Positions 22,830 through 36,620 are shown, numbered from the whole stretch's first letter. The stretch is DNA of 62,927 nucleotides, filler included, from Octopus bimaculoides (GCF_001194135.2; 5 parts of 4 records of this genome joined end to end with filler, not necessarily neighbours in it), one strand, 5' to 3'. Notes: generated by a model from the sequence alone, not told the origin. Numbers and translations are program-made.

Positions 22830-23215
22830 AACTGTTGTCGCTACAGAGGCAATGCTCTGCCAACAGCTATTGACAAGGTTCTGGCAAGTATTCTTCATGT
22901 CCACTTGCATAAAAATCCCTTGTAATTGGTGTCCTTCTTCAATCTCAGTGGGATTTCCATTCTGGCAGTGGAACAATGGAAACGATTCTCACAGCATGGC
23001 AGTCAGGTGCTGCCATTAAAATATGGATCTTGTTGAGGTTTCCATTACTTTAACAAAATCTTCTATACTGTGAATACAACATCCCTGTGGAACGTAGTGG
23101 TTAAAGATGGTTTTCCAGATTACTTTGTATATATATTATTAAATTATTCCATGATGAGGTGGAAGTATGGCTCACCGTCTGTAGGAACATGTGGTAAAGA
23201 TTCCTGTAGAATATA
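22830..23215 (+). mobile_element. Old RTE-clade LINE fragment (N-terminal part of RT)
   Basis: Degenerate NCCRYRGNAL...DKVLASIL, SQWDFHSGSGTMETILTA (cf. SQCGFR.GRGT.DMIF.A) and F..I..TV....LW....K.GFP. Confidence 0.7.
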
Positions 23216-23301
23216 GTGTCGAATAAAGGGACATCCTTGATCTAACTCTCACTTATACTTAGACGTTATCAGCATTTTATATCTATATTCACGCATGCAC
23301 A

Positions 23302-23351
<50 letters not shown>

Positions 23352-23354
<3 letters not shown>

Positions 23355-23579
23355 GGTGTCCATAAATTACCATTACAGTTTGAAAAATTCAGAAAGAAAA
23401 AAATGGAAAATAAGGATAACTCAGCAGATTTTTATTGGAAAACATAGGCAAACAAATAAAGTTTTATTCGAAACACCAGCCCACTTCTACGTGAGCTTTA
23501 TTGGTTTCAAGCAACACATTTAGACTATACAATACAATAAATTGTGGAAGAGACAAAGACAATTTATGAATTCCCGATG
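23352..23579. mobile_element. Tc1/mariner-type MITE (family M1, inverted relative to 4687)
   Basis: caaggtgtccataaattaccattacagtttgaaaaattc matches the reverse complement of 4869-4907. TA at the right end. Confidence 0.7.
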
Positions 23580-23610
23580 TAAGTATGTGTATATATATAT
23601 ATATATCAAA

Positions 23611-23808
23611 TAGACACTCCGTCGGTTACGACGACGAGCGTTCCAGTTGATCTGACCAACGGAACAGTCAGCTCTTGAAATTAACGTGGAAGTGGCTGAG
23701 GTACGCCACAGGCACGCGTACCCTTAATGTAGTTCTCAGGGAAATTCAGCGTGACACCACCGAATGTGACAAGGCTGGCCCTTTGCAATACAGGTACTAC
23801 TCATTTTT
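23611..23808 (-). mobile_element. SINE family C, 3' half
   Basis: Reverse complement of the family C tail. Confidence 0.85.
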
Positions 23809-24240
23809 ATCAAGTCAGGAGATTTTACGTGAAGCAGTTAACTTAGTCGAAGAATGAAACAAATAAAGGAATGAAAATCATAGAAGAATATGCCCTGTCA
23901 CACACCCAGGGAAGAATTGAACGGAACAATCGATTATATCGATGCCAATAGATAACTTATACTTATGATTCAACTTACGAAGGATGGTAAAATGAAGTCG
24001 AATCCTGGAGTTAGAACAGGCGAATGAAAAGGGAGGTAACTTAACACCGGAAGTAATTTATTCTCTATTAACTTTACTGATTTTACTTTGCCATTGTTTC
24101 TACACACACAAACAAACACACGCGCACACACATTGCTACAAAGCCAAACCTGTGTAGATCAATTTGTTAATGACCGATAAAAATACATTGAAATGAATCC
24201 TTTGAAATCATCATTTGGTCAAATGGATGTCATAAAACTG

Positions 24241-24564
24241 ACACACGGTCATTTACGACAACAAGGGTTCCAGTTGATCTTATCAACGGAACAGTCTACT
24301 CGTGGAATTAACGTGCAAATGTCCGAGTATTCCAAAGACTCGACTCGCGTACCATTAATAGTTCTCAAGAAAATTCAGCGTGACACAGAATGTGACAAGA
24401 CAGGCCCCCTTTGAATTACAGGTACTACTCAGTTTTGTCAGTCGAGTGGACTGAAGCAACGAGAAATAAAGTGTCTTGCTGAAGGTCACGACGGAGCCGC
24501 TGTGAATCAAGCCCATGATCTTACGATCGTGGGCCGAATACTCGAACCACTCAGACATGCACCT
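24241..24564 (-). mobile_element. SINE family C, full length
   Basis: Reverse complement of 14248-14560. Confidence 0.85.
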
Positions 24565-25941
24565 ACACAATAGACGCTACATAAAACTAAGCACGGCCAG
24601 GACGCGAACTCACTGAATAGATGTTCCTAAACATAACAAAATATTCCACCCAACCTTGATTTTCTATCGATTCGGTCATCCTCGGCACCTTCTCTCCAGG
24701 GACATAAATATAAGACAGTTTAGCTTTAGGAATTCTACTAAATGTTCCAAAATTAACTTATCACATAACATAATCGTTACAGACATTTATTTTCAATAAA
24801 TATAAAGTTTTTTTCTTTATATTTTTTCTCGGTTGTTTTGATTTTTTTTTTTTTTTACAAATTCAACCACACTCACATAATACATGTACAACCACCCCAC
24901 ATATCCATACACTCCAGAAAGCCACATGCATATCTACATATACAGAAATACATCGGCACAAACACACACAAAAAAACGCATCCATCCGCCCACACAATCA
25001 CGCCCGAATACATATATATGTGAGTGCGCATGCGTGCGTCTATTCGTGTCCATCTCCAGCCTTTTCTGTTTTTTTATGTACCTATCACCTTCATCTCCCC
25101 CCCCCCTCTTTCTCTCTATACACACAACCAATCTATAGATTCTGTCTGTCTCAGATATTTAAAGTCTTTGTTCGGAAAGCACATCACAAAAAAAAGGAAT
25201 GCAAAAATTTATATATGTATATAAAAAATAAATCTATATGAAGTATAAAAAAAAAGGACAAAAAAGAAAACTTCCTTTCACTAAAGAATGATTCTCAACT
25301 TCCGCCAATCAAATCACTTTACCAACTTCGCATTTTTTTTTTTTTATATTTTTACTGTTTATTTTTATATAATGTTGACTTTTTTATGTGAACCAATGTG
25401 ACATTACTTACTTTCAACCAGTTTGAACCAGGATAAGCCAGTGCAGACTGGACCAGACAGCCCAAGCAGCATCTGACCACACACCGTTTTTTATAAGACC
25501 AAAACGAGGCCAGACTAAAGAAAACTTGAAATATTTTTATTTATTTATTCATTTGTCCTTCTCCCCAGTAACACATGGTTCCCGCAATCTACCAACTCTT
25601 TCCACCACCCATATCATCCAAAATTCAAGTGTCCTAATAATTGGTACGCTTCGGTGAGTGGAAATACTTGATTCAGATGTACACATTTTATGTCTAATAT
25701 TGTTTTGGTGTTTTGATTATAAAATATAAAGATGGGATTCTTGACTATATTAATAATAATGATAATAATAATAATGAAGAAGAAGAAGAAGAAGAAGAAG
25801 AAGAAGAAGAAGAAGAAGAAGAAGAAGAAGAAGAAGAAGAAGAAGAAAAAGTGAAAGAAGAAAGAAATGTCTGGAAATCACATAAAATTAACCATCAACT
25901 TCCATTCAAATCACTTTTAATGTTTTATTCATAGTATTTTC

Positions 25942-25995
<54 letters not shown>

Positions 25996-26315
25996 NNNNN
26001 NNNNNNNNNNNNNNNNNNNNNNNNNNNNNNNNNNNNNNNTTAATTAATTAANNNNNNNNNNNNNNNNNNNNNNNNNNNNNNNNNNNNNNNNNNNNTTTCT
26101 TTTTTCTGTCTGTCTGTCTCGCTCTCTCTCTCTCTGTGTTTCTTTCTCATTCCCACTACAATTAGTTTATTACATTTGTTGGGCATTAATTTTAGTAAAC
26201 TCAGATTTATTAAGCAAAGTTTTAGAAATGTGCGGGACCAAATGGCAAAAACTAGATACTGTCATTTTTTGAGAGTCACAATACTACAGATCTTCAATAT
26301 ATGTATATCTATATC

Positions 26316-26414
<99 letters not shown>

Positions 26415-26428
26415 AGAGAGAGAATAAT

Positions 26429-26500
26429 CGGGTTGTTAGAATGTTGGATGATTATATATATTATTTTATTTATATAATCATCAAACATTCTGACTGCCCG
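26429..26500. repeat. 30-bp inverted repeat hairpin
   Basis: 26429-26458 vs 26471-26500. Confidence 0.75.
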
Positions 26501-27306
26501 AAACCGGTCTGTCTTGCTTCGACCCTCACCGGCGCCCGTCCTTCCGCAGCTGCCGGTGTGCGGTAGTTGGATCGTAAACCGTTTTTGCTCGGCGAACTCT
26601 TGTAAATATACAATATCTGTACATCACTTCAAACTCTATCTCTCCTCTTCTCTCTCTCTCTATATATATGTGTGTGTATATGTGTGTGTGTGTGTGCATA
26701 TATGCATACATATATACATACATATGTGTTTATATATATATGTATGCATACATATATATGTATATATATATATAATATACACATATATATATGCATATAT
26801 ATATATGTATGTATGCATGTATGTATATACGTATGTATATATTAATGCACACATACACACATATACATATACATGTATGTAAATACATACACATTCATAT
26901 AAACATATATATATATTTATACATATTTACACACACACACACATATATATTTCAAATACACATGTTCATGAAAGATTCCAGATGTACCTACGTCACAGCA
27001 AGAAATATAATGACAGCTGAAACCAATAAAAGTCTTCGTCTACCTATGATAGACAATAATTCTAAGCAGGAGATCTATTCTTTTTCTTCTTCCATTGCGT
27101 GAAACTAGAAATAAGGCGCCTCCTTATATCAAAGATCAATTTCCATGCATATTGATGTTTGTTAAATGCAGTGGTAATGTTGAAGTAGGCTCTTCTTCAG
27201 TGTGTAAGTAATGAGGAAAGAATAAAAACAAGACAAAACATTACAAGAGGGAGGGGTTTTTACAAAGGTTGTATTAGCTTTACACTTGAAAAGAAAAGGG
27301 AAAAGG

Positions 27307-27355
27307 AATTGGTCTTTGACGTTTCGGACATAGAGTCCTTTATCGAAAAACAATT
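27307..27355 (-). ncRNA. Type-I hammerhead ribozyme motif, variant core
   Basis: Minus strand AATTG TTTT TCGATAA A GGAC-TCTAT-GTCC GAAA CG TC AAAG AC CAATT. Confidence 0.62.
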
Positions 27356-28923
27356 GAGAAGAGCGGTGAAAAAAAGTGAAAATATTTAGGAGTCATGTGG
27401 GAATGAAATTCTATGGGGATGAATTTAGAAGAGAGGAAGGAGAAATGATATGTTGCATATTATGGAGATTTGAACCGATTGAGGAAACAAACATTAAAAA
27501 AAAAGCAAAACAAAACAAGTTTGCAAGGTTATTAGTTTTACATTGTACGGAAGATACTGAAGCAAGTTCAACGTTTCGGGTTTTGGCACCGTGTCAAGAA
27601 AATAACAAAACGAATCAAAAGAAAAGGAAAACAAGTGAATGTGGCGGTAGAAGTGGTGATGTTAGTTGTAGTTATGGTAGAAGCGTGGAGGGAGTTCTAT
27701 AACGGACGAAGCATATCCAAGAAAATTATTATACGCGGTACTTTAGTACTGCAGTTTAGTTTGATCATTGAGTTTTAGCTGAAATAGAGGAGTGTTTCAT
27801 TTATTCTCTATCGCGCGCACACACAGATACGTACGCACAAAAATTACACACACACACACACATAGCTAACGAGTGAAAGGAGAGGAGAGAGACAGGCAAT
27901 AATATAGTTATATTTGTCAACACTTCGTCGTTGACAAAGAAAAATCTATATCTTTGCCTGTCTGTGTATGTTATAGTATGTTATTACAGCCTTAAACCGT
28001 ACACACACACAAACACACACACATGCACACAAGTACACACGTATATATAAAATATCTTCATATCTTAAGACATTCCACTATTGACCAACACATACAGACA
28101 TACACACACACAAGCCCATACACAGATGCACCCCCTTCAACTTTCGACATCTCTATACGAATGCAACATAATCCGAACATAAATACATTTACTTTTATCA
28201 CAGCAACCTGAACGTAACGCTTCACTAAACTGCGTAACTCCTTTCTCTCTGGGATGTTAACTCTTACATCGGTTTTATACTTCAAGAAACATTGTGATCT
28301 ACATTTTTTTTTTTTGAGCACGTATTAAGAAACTTCGGGGACCACCTTACCGGCTAGAAATTACAGTCAAATCACCCAAGAAATTTCCCTTTCTAGTGGA
28401 CAAAATTACTAATGTTGCCTAAGGCTAATGAAACAGTTTGGTCTGGCCCCTCTGACCAGAAATCTGCTGCATGAGGCTTCATTAGAAGGGTGAGGGTTAA
28501 ACGACAGTATGAAACCACCGCATAGGGAAACCGGCCCTATGCTCTACAAGGGGCTTAGAGGATTTCCAATATATACATATACACTGTGAGAGAGATACAC
28601 AAACACACACATACTATTAGTTATAGTATGAACCAAGGAAGAAACCTCTATGTGATTACTTGAACTACTAGAAAAGGCTACCAAATCTCACTTAATCTCA
28701 TTAATATCATAATCTTTAAATCGTGATTGGACAAATTGGACAGTATAGTTCTCGCCACGTTATGCCCAGTCTTGTTAGGATGAATTTGATCCTTGGAAAG
28801 CCTTCGATCGAAATGCCTATTGCGCCATCAAGCCTGACCAAGGGGTTGAACAATCACAACAGTAACCGTCACCGCCACCACCACCACAACATCAACAACT
28901 GCAATCAGTAGTTCCTTTCTCGA

Positions 28924-28969
<46 letters not shown>

Positions 28970-29231
28970 AAATGCTTGACGTTCACTCAGACGGAACTGT
29001 TATTTAGAACAGTGAGAGATCGCTCGAGATAACATAAATCTTCTAATCTAGAAACTCTATTTTTTATAACCAAATCTTAATCAACATTATTCTCACATTT
29101 CTTACCTATGTATGTCTTGATTTATTCCGCAGTAGTCGTCGTTGACGTCGTCGCCACCACCGCTTCCCGCCGCTTTCGTCGTCGACACTGCTACTTTCGT
29201 AGTCGTCGACGTCGGCGGCAGGGGCAGCGTC

Positions 29232-29395
29232 GTTTAGTCTGCAGTCGGCCATGATCGAGTTGACCTGTGATCAAAAGTGTTTCAGCCGTGACCATCCCAT
29301 ATTTTTTCAGGCACGGTTTATCGAGAATTACATTATCAAATGTGTCGTTATTTTTCAAGGTAGAAGTTCGTAATACGAAGATTTAGTGCTAATTA
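29232..29395 (+). repeat. Unclassified interspersed repeat family D
   Basis: gtttag...gacctgtgatcaaa...ccagccgtgaccatccc. Homologous pieces at 51645-51730(-), 52935-53100(-), 53330-53440(-), 54045-54110(-) and 58326-58465(+). Confidence 0.65.
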
Positions 29396-29519
29396 CAACG
29401 AGGAAGACATACAGGTTCTTCAACTGACTTGTTCTTCCATAGTTAGTTACGTTGTCCTACTCGTGTTGTAACAGCAGTTATTTACATGCCTTGTCTCACA
29501 CTTTTAGTACACACACGTG

Positions 29520-29990
29520 AAACCACGCCTGCTCAATGTGTGTGTTTTATTTTGTTTGTTCGCCGGAAGTCGTCCCTAACTAGGCGAACTGGCGACGAAA
29601 CAAAACATACGTTGCATATGTGCGGTCGATAATGTTTACAACACTGCTTGTGATTCGCTACTGGATTTACTCTCACGCATGCTTTATTGTGGCATACCAG
29701 CAAATGGTTTTTAACACTATTTGCATGTAGTCATAAACTGGTGATTTAGTCCGACTCCTGTTTAATTCAGGCACGTGGTGTTGATTACACATAAAATGGC
29801 AAAATATCCATTACTCCTGCATCTGGATGGGATTTGGAACGAGTTATCTCGCTTGTGTATGACTTTCAGGTGTTTTAACACCCAGTGCAATGAAGGAGTC
29901 GTCCTTCAGGCGCTTTATGGCAGGGAATAGGCAATCAAACCAAACACATTAAATGAGTATGTGCGGTCGATATTGTGTACTAGACTAGCG
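29520..29990. promoter_or_regulatory. Possible promoter-like island
   Basis: Locally CpG-rich non-repetitive DNA, ETS motif CCGGAAGT at 29563-29570, and a duplicated 15-mer. Confidence 0.3.
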
Positions 29991-30011
29991 CTGCTTTCAG
30001 TTCGTTACTGA

Positions 30012-30075
<64 letters not shown>

Positions 30076-30409
30076 NNNNNNNNNNNNNNNNNNNNNNNNN
30101 NNNNNNNNNNNNNNNNNNNNNNNNNNNNNNNNNNNNNNNNNNNNNNNNNNNNNNNNNNNNNNNNNNNNNNNNNNNNNNNNNNNNNNNNNNNNNNNNNNNN
30201 NNNNNNNNNNNNNNNNNNNNNNNNNNNNNNNNNNNNNNNNNNNNNNNNNNNNNNNNNNNNNNNNNNNNNNNNNNNNNNNNNNNNNNNNNNNNNNNNNNNN
30301 NNNNNNNNNNNNNNNNNNNNNNNNNNNNNNNNNNNNNNNNNNNNNNNNNNNNNNNNNNNNNNNNNNNNNNNNNNNNNNNNNNNNNNNNNNNNNNNNNNNN
30401 NNNNNNNNN

Positions 30410-30467
<58 letters not shown>

Positions 30468-30524
30468 GTCTATGTGTGTGTGTGTGTGTGTGTGTATGTA
30501 TATATGTATATGTGCTCATTACAC

Positions 30525-30655
30525 CTTAACAACCGACATTGACTTATTTACGTCCTCATAACTTAGCAGTTCGTCCAAAAGTCACCAACAGAAAAAGATA
30601 AGTACAGGAGTCGATTTGTTCGACTAGGCCCTTCAAGGCCTTGCCCAGCATGATT
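30525..30655 (+). mobile_element. SINE family A tail (degenerate)
   Basis: aacaaccgacattgacttatttacgtcctcataacttagcagttcg after a TA/GT microsatellite. Confidence 0.7.
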
Positions 30656-30656
30656 G

Positions 30657-30749
<93 letters not shown>

Positions 30750-31571
30750 TTGTCTGTCTGTCTGTCTGTCTGTCTATTTATCTGTCTGTCAACATGCATC
30801 ATCCTATGATTATTCTCTTACGTCCACAATCTCACAATTATGAGAACAACCTCGCTTTCACGACTCTTTAATTAACTGAACCTCTATAAAAACACTACAC
30901 CACCTCTTGCACATTATGTGCATAAAATAGTTGTGCACCAAAAGTAACTGACTGCTATTTCTAGCAGATAGATTAATCTCAAAGAAGCTCGTTGATTCGT
31001 GTACTGTTGTGTGGTGGTGCTGATGATAGTGGTAATTGTGATAGTGTTGTTTATAAGATTTAGTATTAGTTTCGATTTAACAAAGTTAAGCAAAAGACAA
31101 ATAATTTTTCTTCCTCAGAATAGGCCACTAGCACATTGAAAGGGAAAGTCACCGACGATGCTCCATCTTACCGACAATCCAGCTAACTGAAGTGGTGTAA
31201 AATAAAAAAAAGATCCGTGCCAGAAACTTTGCAAAAAGCCTCAGATAAATTCGAGCTAAACGACTTATGATGCACTCTACTATTTCATCTCCTGTGAGAG
31301 ACAGACTTACAAAATATACCCGACAATTAGATGTGGCAGGGTATTAGAATGAAGTCTTCAGTCCAGGGAAGTGCTTTGAAGCAGATTTGAACTAATGGTT
31401 CGTCATTTGGTAATTCAACATCATATCTCTTCCCTACGTCCGCTTTTATCAACAAACATGACAAGTGCGATAATATTCGTTTGTCTGTGTGTGCGCATAT
31501 ACGTACTTAATGCAAACACACACGCGCACATAAATACATACACACATACACACATTGTATGGCATATATAC

Positions 31572-31620
<49 letters not shown>

Positions 31621-32036
31621 TATATATATATGTGTGTGTGTATGTGTGTGTGAGTGTGTGAGTGTATGTCTTTATGTATATATGCCATACTATAAAAAGA
31701 ATATCTCTTAGATAGCGACATTATCATATTTATCAGATATAAGATAAAGTTTCCGTTAAAAAGATATGAATTTTATGATTTTTCAACATTCACACCTCAT
31801 TCTGTATTTCGAATGCACATATCTATGAGTCCTTATAAGTGCTGGCACATCACCGAAAACTGGGGCTTTTGTTTCTCTCATGTCACAATATTGGCAATAG
31901 CAACGGCTGTTAATTCTACTTCTGGTGTGTTTTCTTTAGTTTGTTTTTTTTAGCTTAAAGAAGGGAAGAAACAAAGATAGATGTTATATTGTCAAGATTC
32001 AGTCTGAGGGATGCAATAAAAACGCAAGGTTTAATG

Positions 32037-32373
32037 CAATGGTTCCCAACCGACGTCCATATGATCCATTAGGGTCCATATAAAATTTTTTGGGTTCCAT
32101 ACAAGCAAAATAGTAAATTGAGTCCACAGTAGCATTTTGCAGTCCATGAAAAAATTTTGATTTCGATGTATTCATTGCAAGAAACAGCAAGAGATGTTTC
32201 CCGATGTTTTACACAGTTCAGCCTACACAAGTGAGTGAGTGAATAACAAAATAGAAACCTTGAAAGAAGCGTCTATAAAACTAGTTTTTAAATATCGAAT
32301 GGTTTTGAGGGTCCATCAGAATAAAATAGCAATCAAAGAGGTCTATAGACAAAAAAATGGTCGAGAACCACTG
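32037..32373. mobile_element. hAT (Charlie-like) MITE
   Basis: Terminal repeats caatggttcccaacc / ggtcgagaaccactg. Perfect 8-bp target duplication GTTTAATG at 32029-32036 and 32374-32381. Confidence 0.9.
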
Positions 32374-33449
32374 GTTTAATGTGTGTAAATCTACAAACAA
32401 AGGCAGACGCTAAAGTCCAAGAAAGCCAGTGAGGATCCTTGGCGTCGGCCACGAATAACCTAAAAGTTAATGAAATACGTTAAGGAGTAGGCAGTAGGTG
32501 ATCTGTCGTGTAGGGTTTCTCTTCATAGAAAATCGAACATTATCAACTGATGTGAAATAACCATCGACTTCTGAAGCAATATTGACCAGAGGATAACCAA
32601 ATAATAGCGAAATCGAACTGAAGTTCACCATCACGATTTACAAAGGGGTTTCGATGAGTGCAATTGACCTGTTAAAAATAACTGTCAAAAATCTCTTCGA
32701 GCTCACCTAGAAATCTTTTTTTCAGAAAATGAAAGGACATATTGGCTGACGTAGTCCTAGTTATATATATGGAATGTCCTTGGTTAATTGCTTGCAGAAA
32801 AAAGCCTGATCATAGGTTAAATGATAACAACATTAAAAACAACAGTCACTGACCAATTCTTTTGTAATGCAACAGGTAGGTGTAAGTCAATTGTCTTCCT
32901 CTTTAAATTGTTGCATCGCCATGAAAAAGATTCTAGGTAACCACTCACAGCATCGGTTTCCCCATAAGTGGAGAAAAGTTGAGCAAAGGATTAAGGAATC
33001 TCCCCCTCCCACCCCCCAACAAAAAAAAACAACAGACAAACAGAAAATCCTCTTAAGTTACGAGAATTATTCAAGGACAGACGGAAGTGCCATACATCAC
33101 GGAATAGAAATAAAGAACATACATACATACATACATACATGCATACATACATACATACACACATACATACTTACAGATATATATATGTATATATAATGTA
33201 TATTATTTATTTNNNNNNNNNNNNNNNNNNNNNNNNNNNNNNNNNNNNNNNNNNNNNNNNNNNNNNNNNNNNNNNNNNNNNNNNNNNNNNNNNNNNNNNN
33301 NNNNNNNNNNNNNNNNNNNNNNNNNNNNNNNNNNNNNNNNNNNNNNNNNNNNNNNNNNNNNNNNNNNNNNNNNNNNNNNNNNNNNNNNNNNNNNNNNNNN
33401 NNNNNNNNNTATATATATATATATATATATACATACATACATACATACA

Positions 33450-33483
<34 letters not shown>

Positions 33484-33701
33484 GAAGTATGTATATGTAT
33501 ATACACACGCATATACATAAACCCGCGTGTGTTTATGTATTTCTATGTACACTACATGCATAAAACATTCGTTCTCTAAAAGTAGGAAGTTGATTAAGAT
33601 AGGTGACAGGTGGTCAAAAACCCTAAATTAGCAATAATTCCTTTCTTATACACACTATCACCTATAACCTATACCCACATGCACGCTTAGACGTTTGTAT
33701 T

Positions 33702-33843
<142 letters not shown>

Positions 33844-34047
33844 CAAACAGACAGATACGAATATATCTGTGTACGTATGTGTATGTATGTAGAGGCATAT
33901 ACAGAGAGATATAGAGCGTGATAAGTTTATATGTATGTGTGTGTGTAAATATCTATATACACAGAGATATATTTATTTACTTATATTTATATATTTACAC
34001 ACAGATAAATAGATAAATAGACAAGAAGAAGATTGAGAGATAGATAA

Positions 34048-34111
<64 letters not shown>

Positions 34112-34164
34112 TGATGATAAGATAGCTATATTCGAATACACTACAAGGTATATATTAGATACAT

Positions 34165-35190
34165 TAAAAAAGACCTTATCAAGACCTTCAAAATATTTAC
34201 CTAAGAATACTTATTGCTAGTGATCTAAGTATCGTAAATTTCTGAAATGTTACTCTTAATCTAACCAAAGACAAATGCAAACCTTAAAGCAAATTTAATT
34301 AAAACTGCCTTTATATGTATATACACTTCTGCCATCCACGTATACTGGTTAATAAAATCCGCATGTCTCCCGTTTGTTATCGAATAAAGAAGTCTTCTAT
34401 AAGGTGCTTCCCTCATTCAATAAAGCTTCAAAAGTCATTGATCTTAAAGTTAAGATCCCATATATTTTGGATTCCAATGTTAAACGGACATGTTGCAATA
34501 CAATAAGGTTCATGCCTTCCTTTCCTTTTAAAACTTAATCTAATGATATTGTTTAAAACTTCGAAAGTTGCAGTAAATAATCTTACAGAAACTGATTTAC
34601 AGCCTGTACTTCAAATATGAAAAACCTTACAACCTTTCAACTATCGAAATTAGCTGAGGCTAAGTGCATCACCCAGAATCTAAAACGCATGTTATTTTCA
34701 ATCAATCATGCAACGTTGAAGCGATTATATTTAAAGCAAAAGTCACCTCCTGCAAACTAAACTTTTGTATCATGAGCAAACATAACGTAAAGGCTAAATT
34801 TAAACAACGTGTCTTGAAGCATACTTCTTTCTTCGGATATACGTATAAAAGAAGAAAAAAAACTACAAAATCATCCAGTTTTAGGTGAAAGATTCTCAAA
34901 GGATACATACGATATAGAAATGCAACATATTGTTGTGTGCTGCATATGTGAGAAAACCTTCATACTCAAAACGTTTGTTACATTTACAAAGCTCGTAAGT
35001 ATATTTCTTAAATGTCGCCATTTCGAAAAGCACGTTCTAAAGCACTAAACCTCCAACCTCATTGAATTGACCACTACTTAACTTTTATAACTAGAGATTA
35101 TATTCGCTTTATATTTATTTTGACTCTTAACCCTAAAACTAATAAACATTCCTGATCTCGCTATACTTTATAGCAATACATTCTTTGACA
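34165..35190 (+). mobile_element. Penelope-like retroelement remnant (RT thumb plus GIY-YIG-type endonuclease)
   Basis: Degenerate KKDLIKTFK...IVNF*NVTLNL...YIH.CHP, IFWIP (cf. IWFNPP), IIFKAKVT...FKQRVLKHTSF, CCICEK and terminal KCRH. Many stops and frameshifts. Confidence 0.75.
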
Positions 35191-35644
35191 TTTTCCCTCT
35201 TTATTATTCTAAGCTCATTTCCATATAGCTGAATGTTTCAATGCATAAATATTTACCAGAAACATTTACCCTGCCTCTCCACCCTTGTCCCTTAAGTTTC
35301 AAAACACCGTAGCCACTCCTGATATCACTATAGACAATGGTAGACCCTTTGTTATATTACATTTTCAACTCTATTACATTCTATACTTATTTCAATATAT
35401 TTTTTATTCCTCTCGTTTTCTGCTCTTTTTAACCATGTCATATATGTAGATACGTGCATATGTGTATACCCACACACACACACACACACACACACATACA
35501 TAAGTACACACATGCACACGTATGTGTGTGTGCGTAAGTATATGTATATATATAGCCATATATATATTCATATTCATATATATGCATGTATATGTGTGTG
35601 TGTGTGTGTTTGTGTATGTGTGTGTATGTGTGTATGTATGTAAG

Positions 35645-35702
<58 letters not shown>

Positions 35703-36620
35703 NNNNNNNNNNNNNNNNNNNNNNNNNNNNNNNNNNNNNNNNNNNNNNNNNNNNNNNNNNNNNNNNNNNNNNNNNNNNNNNNNNNNNNNNNNNNNNNNNN
35801 NNNNNNNNNNNNNNNNNNNNNNNNNNNNNNNNNNNNNNNNNNNNNNNNNNNNNNNNNNNNNNNNNNNNNNNNNNNNNNNNNNNNNNNNNNNNNNNNNNNN
35901 NNNNNNNNNNNNNNNNNNNNNNNNNNNNNNNNNNNNNNNNNNNNNNNNNNNNNNNNNNNNNNNNNNNNNNNNNNNNNNNNNNNNNNNNNNNNNNNNNNNN
36001 NNNNNNNNNNNNNNNNNNNNNNNNNNNNNNNNNNNNNNNNNNNNNNNNNNNNNNNNNNNNNNNNNNNNNNNNNNNNNNNNNNNNNNNNNNNNNNNNNNNN
36101 NNNNNNNNNNNNNNNNNNNNNNNNNNNNNNNNNNNNNNNNNNNNNNNNNNNNNTATATATATATGAAGTGACTCGCTTTATAATTCTGACCAACCACGAA
36201 AGAATAGCTCACTGCTACAATATATCAATTTATAATCAGTTACAAACATTGTAATGTTTTTAATCCACAAACCAACAAAATTATATCTTAGGTATGTTGG
36301 TAACTGGTTGAAGATTGATGATTGTTTAGCATTTGCTAAATGATAGAACCTTGAAACTACGTGTTATTGCCTGAATCAGATTGTAGTTCTATTATATTTC
36401 AATACATTATTCTCTTCTCTTGAGCACTCTTAGTTTTGTCTCTGAACACATAGACACACGTGTGCGAACATGACGGGAGCGACAATGTGGGAAACAATAT
36501 ATTGTTATACATCCACTGAGAATCAATGATTAAATAAGACATCCCGCCCATATATATATGTGTGTGTGTCTGTGTGTGTGTGTGTGTGTGTGTGCGTGCA
36601 TATATGCATATATGTTAGTG

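Noticed and set aside
26485-26520. CTGA...GAAACCGGTC as a hammerhead
   Set aside because: No NGA after CTGA, and the segment is explained as a hairpin arm.
27565-27605. Second hammerhead-like string (CC-C-GAAACGTT on the minus strand)
   Set aside because: Core and stem I too degenerate to distinguish from chance.
31135-31270. Possible old RTE C-terminus (LKGKVT...W...S..E....A.DK)
   Set aside because: The similarity is too weak to assert without a profile search.
34165-35040. Selenoprotein-coding PLE
   Set aside because: The copy is too mutated to tell recoded UGA from ordinary nonsense mutations; no SECIS identified.
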